Positions 61,051 to 64,000 of a DNA stretch of 64,000 nt are shown here, in pieces. Location: assembly GCF_009914755.1 (NCBI RefSeq), contig NC_060939.1, one strand, 5' to 3'. The first letter of the stretch is position 1, and each line of letters opens with the position of its first letter. Made by a program: the position numbers and the translations under genes. Below the pieces are notes generated by a model, which was not told the origin of the DNA, did no database searches, and worked only from the letters and a program-made list of their open reading frames with translations. The stretch comes from the human T2T-CHM13v2.0 reference genome, Homo sapiens.

Positions 61051-62559
61051 ATTGTAGATTGTGTATGAATATTCATCTAATTAATTTTCATCTTCTGTGA
61101 AAATTAACCTCTTTTTGCACTAAAATCCAAGTTTATATTAGTCATGTATCTAGAATGTAGAAATGTGTCTTAAAGTTCCTTTATTTTTTAAAAGTTTATG
61201 GGGTTTCCAGAAGATGTGAGAGCCTTCCTTCCTTATAAAATACCTCATTCCACATTGTTCAATAGTTTCCTCTTTGATTTATCTATCTCCTCTCATATTA
61301 AGCAAGGAGAAATCAAAACACACCATCCACACTTTGCTTAGAAATCCCCTCAGCTAAGTTTTAAGTGTCACCTACTAATTCTAATTTTATCCAATATAAC
61401 CTAATTAAGATACATTCTATAACAAGGTAGACATGTTTTCCAGTATCCAATACAATGTTAGTGACAGAAACAAAGCAGGTGTGCTCTCTGCAATGTGGTC
61501 ATCTGAGGCCTGAGATGACAGGTCACACAGGTATTTTTCCGGTTTCTAAGGGTGGAGGCAGCAACGGTGGTTAACGATTCTGAACAGCACTGGCTCCTAC
61601 CTAAAACGTTACAGATAAAGTTACTGCTGCTATTTTATATTAACACCTTATTAGAATAAAGCTCTGAGGAAGAGACCACATCCTAGGTCACACAGTGTGG
61701 AGGAGTGGAGCTGTGCTCAGCTCTCCACACTAGCTACAAGATCCCAGGCACAAGCCCATGTCCCACAGATGCATGGCATCCAGAGGGCAGGACTCGGGAT
61801 GATCTCAGGGCATCTGCTTCCTGGGGTAGAGTACTTGCGACCGTCAATTGTGCACTTGCTGCTCCTGCAGGCTCTGAAGTGAGCACTTGTATTGCCATGA
61901 ATTATACATGTTCTCTCCCCTAACATGGAAAGAAAACATATTTATTTAATTTTCCATTTTATTGTCTCTGAAGCACGTTGGGTGAGAGAAAGAAAGAAAT
62001 CACATCCTTTATCCTCCCACAGAGCCAAAGATTCCTGAAGACAGAGCTGATGCGATGTACTCAAGTGGGTCTCTGCCTCTCAGTGGTGGCCTTGGTCTTC
62101 AAGTTTCAGCAATTCTGGGAAGCCAAGGACACCTCCATCTCCTCCTCCCTGATCTGCAACTCATCTAAGAGCAGCTTTCTCATTGGAATGTCTTGTGTTT
62201 AAGGAACAAGAATCCCTGTTTCCGGTTTGGGTGCCCAAGTGCACCTACTGGATCCAACCCAGGATTGGAGATACTTTGCAGAACACAACATCATCTGGCA
62301 CATGACCAGCCATGGTGTTTCACTTTCACAATTTCAGCTTCCTTCACTGATTGCAGCATAATCGTGGTTCAGCAGCCTCCAAGACCAGGGCTGATGTGGG
62401 CGGCTACAGGGAGAAATTCAAGAGGAAGTTCTTGGTGGTGCCCTCCATGAGTACAAAGAAGCCTCAGTCCCCAGGACACCCTTCCGTGCATGGTGTCACT
62501 GACATCTTTATTTCTTTTGTCACGTTCTGTAAATCACAATGAATGGGGTATTCTTCTTC

Positions 62560-64000
62560 TATTATATATTTGTTAAGTCTTTTTTGGCATCTTTAAAAAA
62601 AAGTGGTAACTTTATCCTATGTAATATCCCTGTTAAGTCCTAAAAGTCTTTTCTGATGTCTATTTTGTCTGAAATTTGCACAGCTACTATAGCTTTATTT
62701 CGGTTCATATTTTCATAATCCATGTTTTCTCATCCTTTTATATTTGTGAATGTGTAAAGTAACTTTCTTGTGCATAGCTAAGAGTTTGGTCTTGCTTTTT
62801 TAAATCGACTATAAGTTCTATTTTTAAACTAATATTTTCTCTTATTTTTTGTTTAAGATAGCATTTTATAATGATGTTTATTTCTCCATTAACATATTAC
62901 CTAATTCACTTTTTATAAATATTATATTTGTTACCATAAGGTTTGCAAAAGGAGCGATTCTTCATTTTGGAACCCTTTCTTATTTTCTGGGTACCATGAG
63001 AAATTGTAGACTTTACTCCTATATTCTCTTTCCAAGCCCTAGGATTAGCCATTTTTCCAAGAAATGTTGCATACCATTCTGCTATGAAAGGAACCAAAAC
63101 TCAAATCTTGATTCTGGGTGTATTTTTTGTTAATTTGCTGTCTTTTCTTGTAGAACCTCTCAGGTAATGACTCTAGGAGGTATGTGTTGTGTATTAACCC
63201 ATATATACACACACATCTAAACTATTTTTATTTAATTTTTATACCTATATTATGCTAAACTTGCAAATATATTGACACATCTGCCCTGTTAATACCACAT
63301 GAATGTTTATTACCTGCCTTCTATTCCTGTCCCTAACCTCGCACTCCAACCGTGAGGAACCCCCTCCTGCCACACCCTGTCTATTCCCTTTGTAGTCCAG
63401 TTCCAGGATTTCTGTAGAGTGGAACCAGATTGTGTATGTTTTGCTCTTTTGTGGAACATCATCAGCTGGGGTACAGTTCTGACGTGCACTTTCTTTATTC
63501 TTTTATTGACTACACTATTTCTGAGGTCACTTGGCACCTCTTCTGATTTCATACATTTGTAATGACATTAGATATTTTCTATATTGTCTGCATTCTATCC
63601 TGGAATTCCTAATCTCCTATTTATTTATATTTTTGTGAATTGGAATTAACCCTTTATGCTGTATATTCTGTTGATTTCAACAAATTCATATCACATATTT
63701 ACCATTATAATATTATACATAATACTTTCATCACCCTTTTAAATCTATTTTTTACCCATTTTCATCATCTCCTTAAATTTCTCGCAAATACAGAATCACT
63801 TTGTGTGTTTGGACTTCTCCAGAATATCAAATAAATAACATATTATGTAGCTTTTTCAGACTTGTTTCTTTCACTTAACAATATGCATTTAAAATTCATT
63901 TATGTATTTTTATGGTTTGATAGCTCTTGTTTATAATTGCTGAATATTATTCTATGAATTTACCGCCGACTGTTTATCTACTCACCTACAGAACTTCTTG
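62560..64000 (-). mobile_element. Old L1M fragments
   Basis: ccaagccctaggattagccatttttccaag, ttctttcacttaacaatatgcattt motifs. Confidence 0.55.

Noticed and set aside
61697-61882. ORF containing CAQLSTL, vaguely like DUXA homeodomain helix 1 (DUXAP copies neighbour some NBEAP loci)
   Set aside because: No WFQNRR or other homeodomain residues; chance similarity.

Overview
Human/hominoid, AT-rich, repeat-dense DNA that reads as a pericentromeric segmental-duplication mosaic. No intact protein-coding gene is visible. (i) 1-~14,180: repeat-rich non-coding DNA ending in a complex fold-back scar, with ~650-bp inverted arms at 11,508-12,193 and 13,524-14,183 plus nested templated copies. (ii) ~14,178-16,620: a GC-rich, largely palindromic element that I identify as REP522. 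Its core is a mirror-symmetric bidirectional promoter (two TATATAAA, six CCAAT, one octamer) followed by a first exon with a perfect donor at 14,884. (iii) ~16,900-~61,000: an unprocessed partial duplicate of neurobeachin (NBEA; NBEAP/BCL8 family) on +. It has nine recognisable exons, two NBEA exons missing internally, two frameshifts, a nonsense codon and two dead splice acceptors. (iv) ~61,450-62,550: non-NBEA sequence with exon-like signals on both strands. The most interesting hypothesis is a unit born at a duplicon junction: one palindromic promoter fires right into a chimeric NBEA pseudogene and left into a near-perfect long inverted repeat (a dsRNA source). NBEA exon numbers, repeat subfamilies and paralogue identity are from recall and need confirming by alignment.
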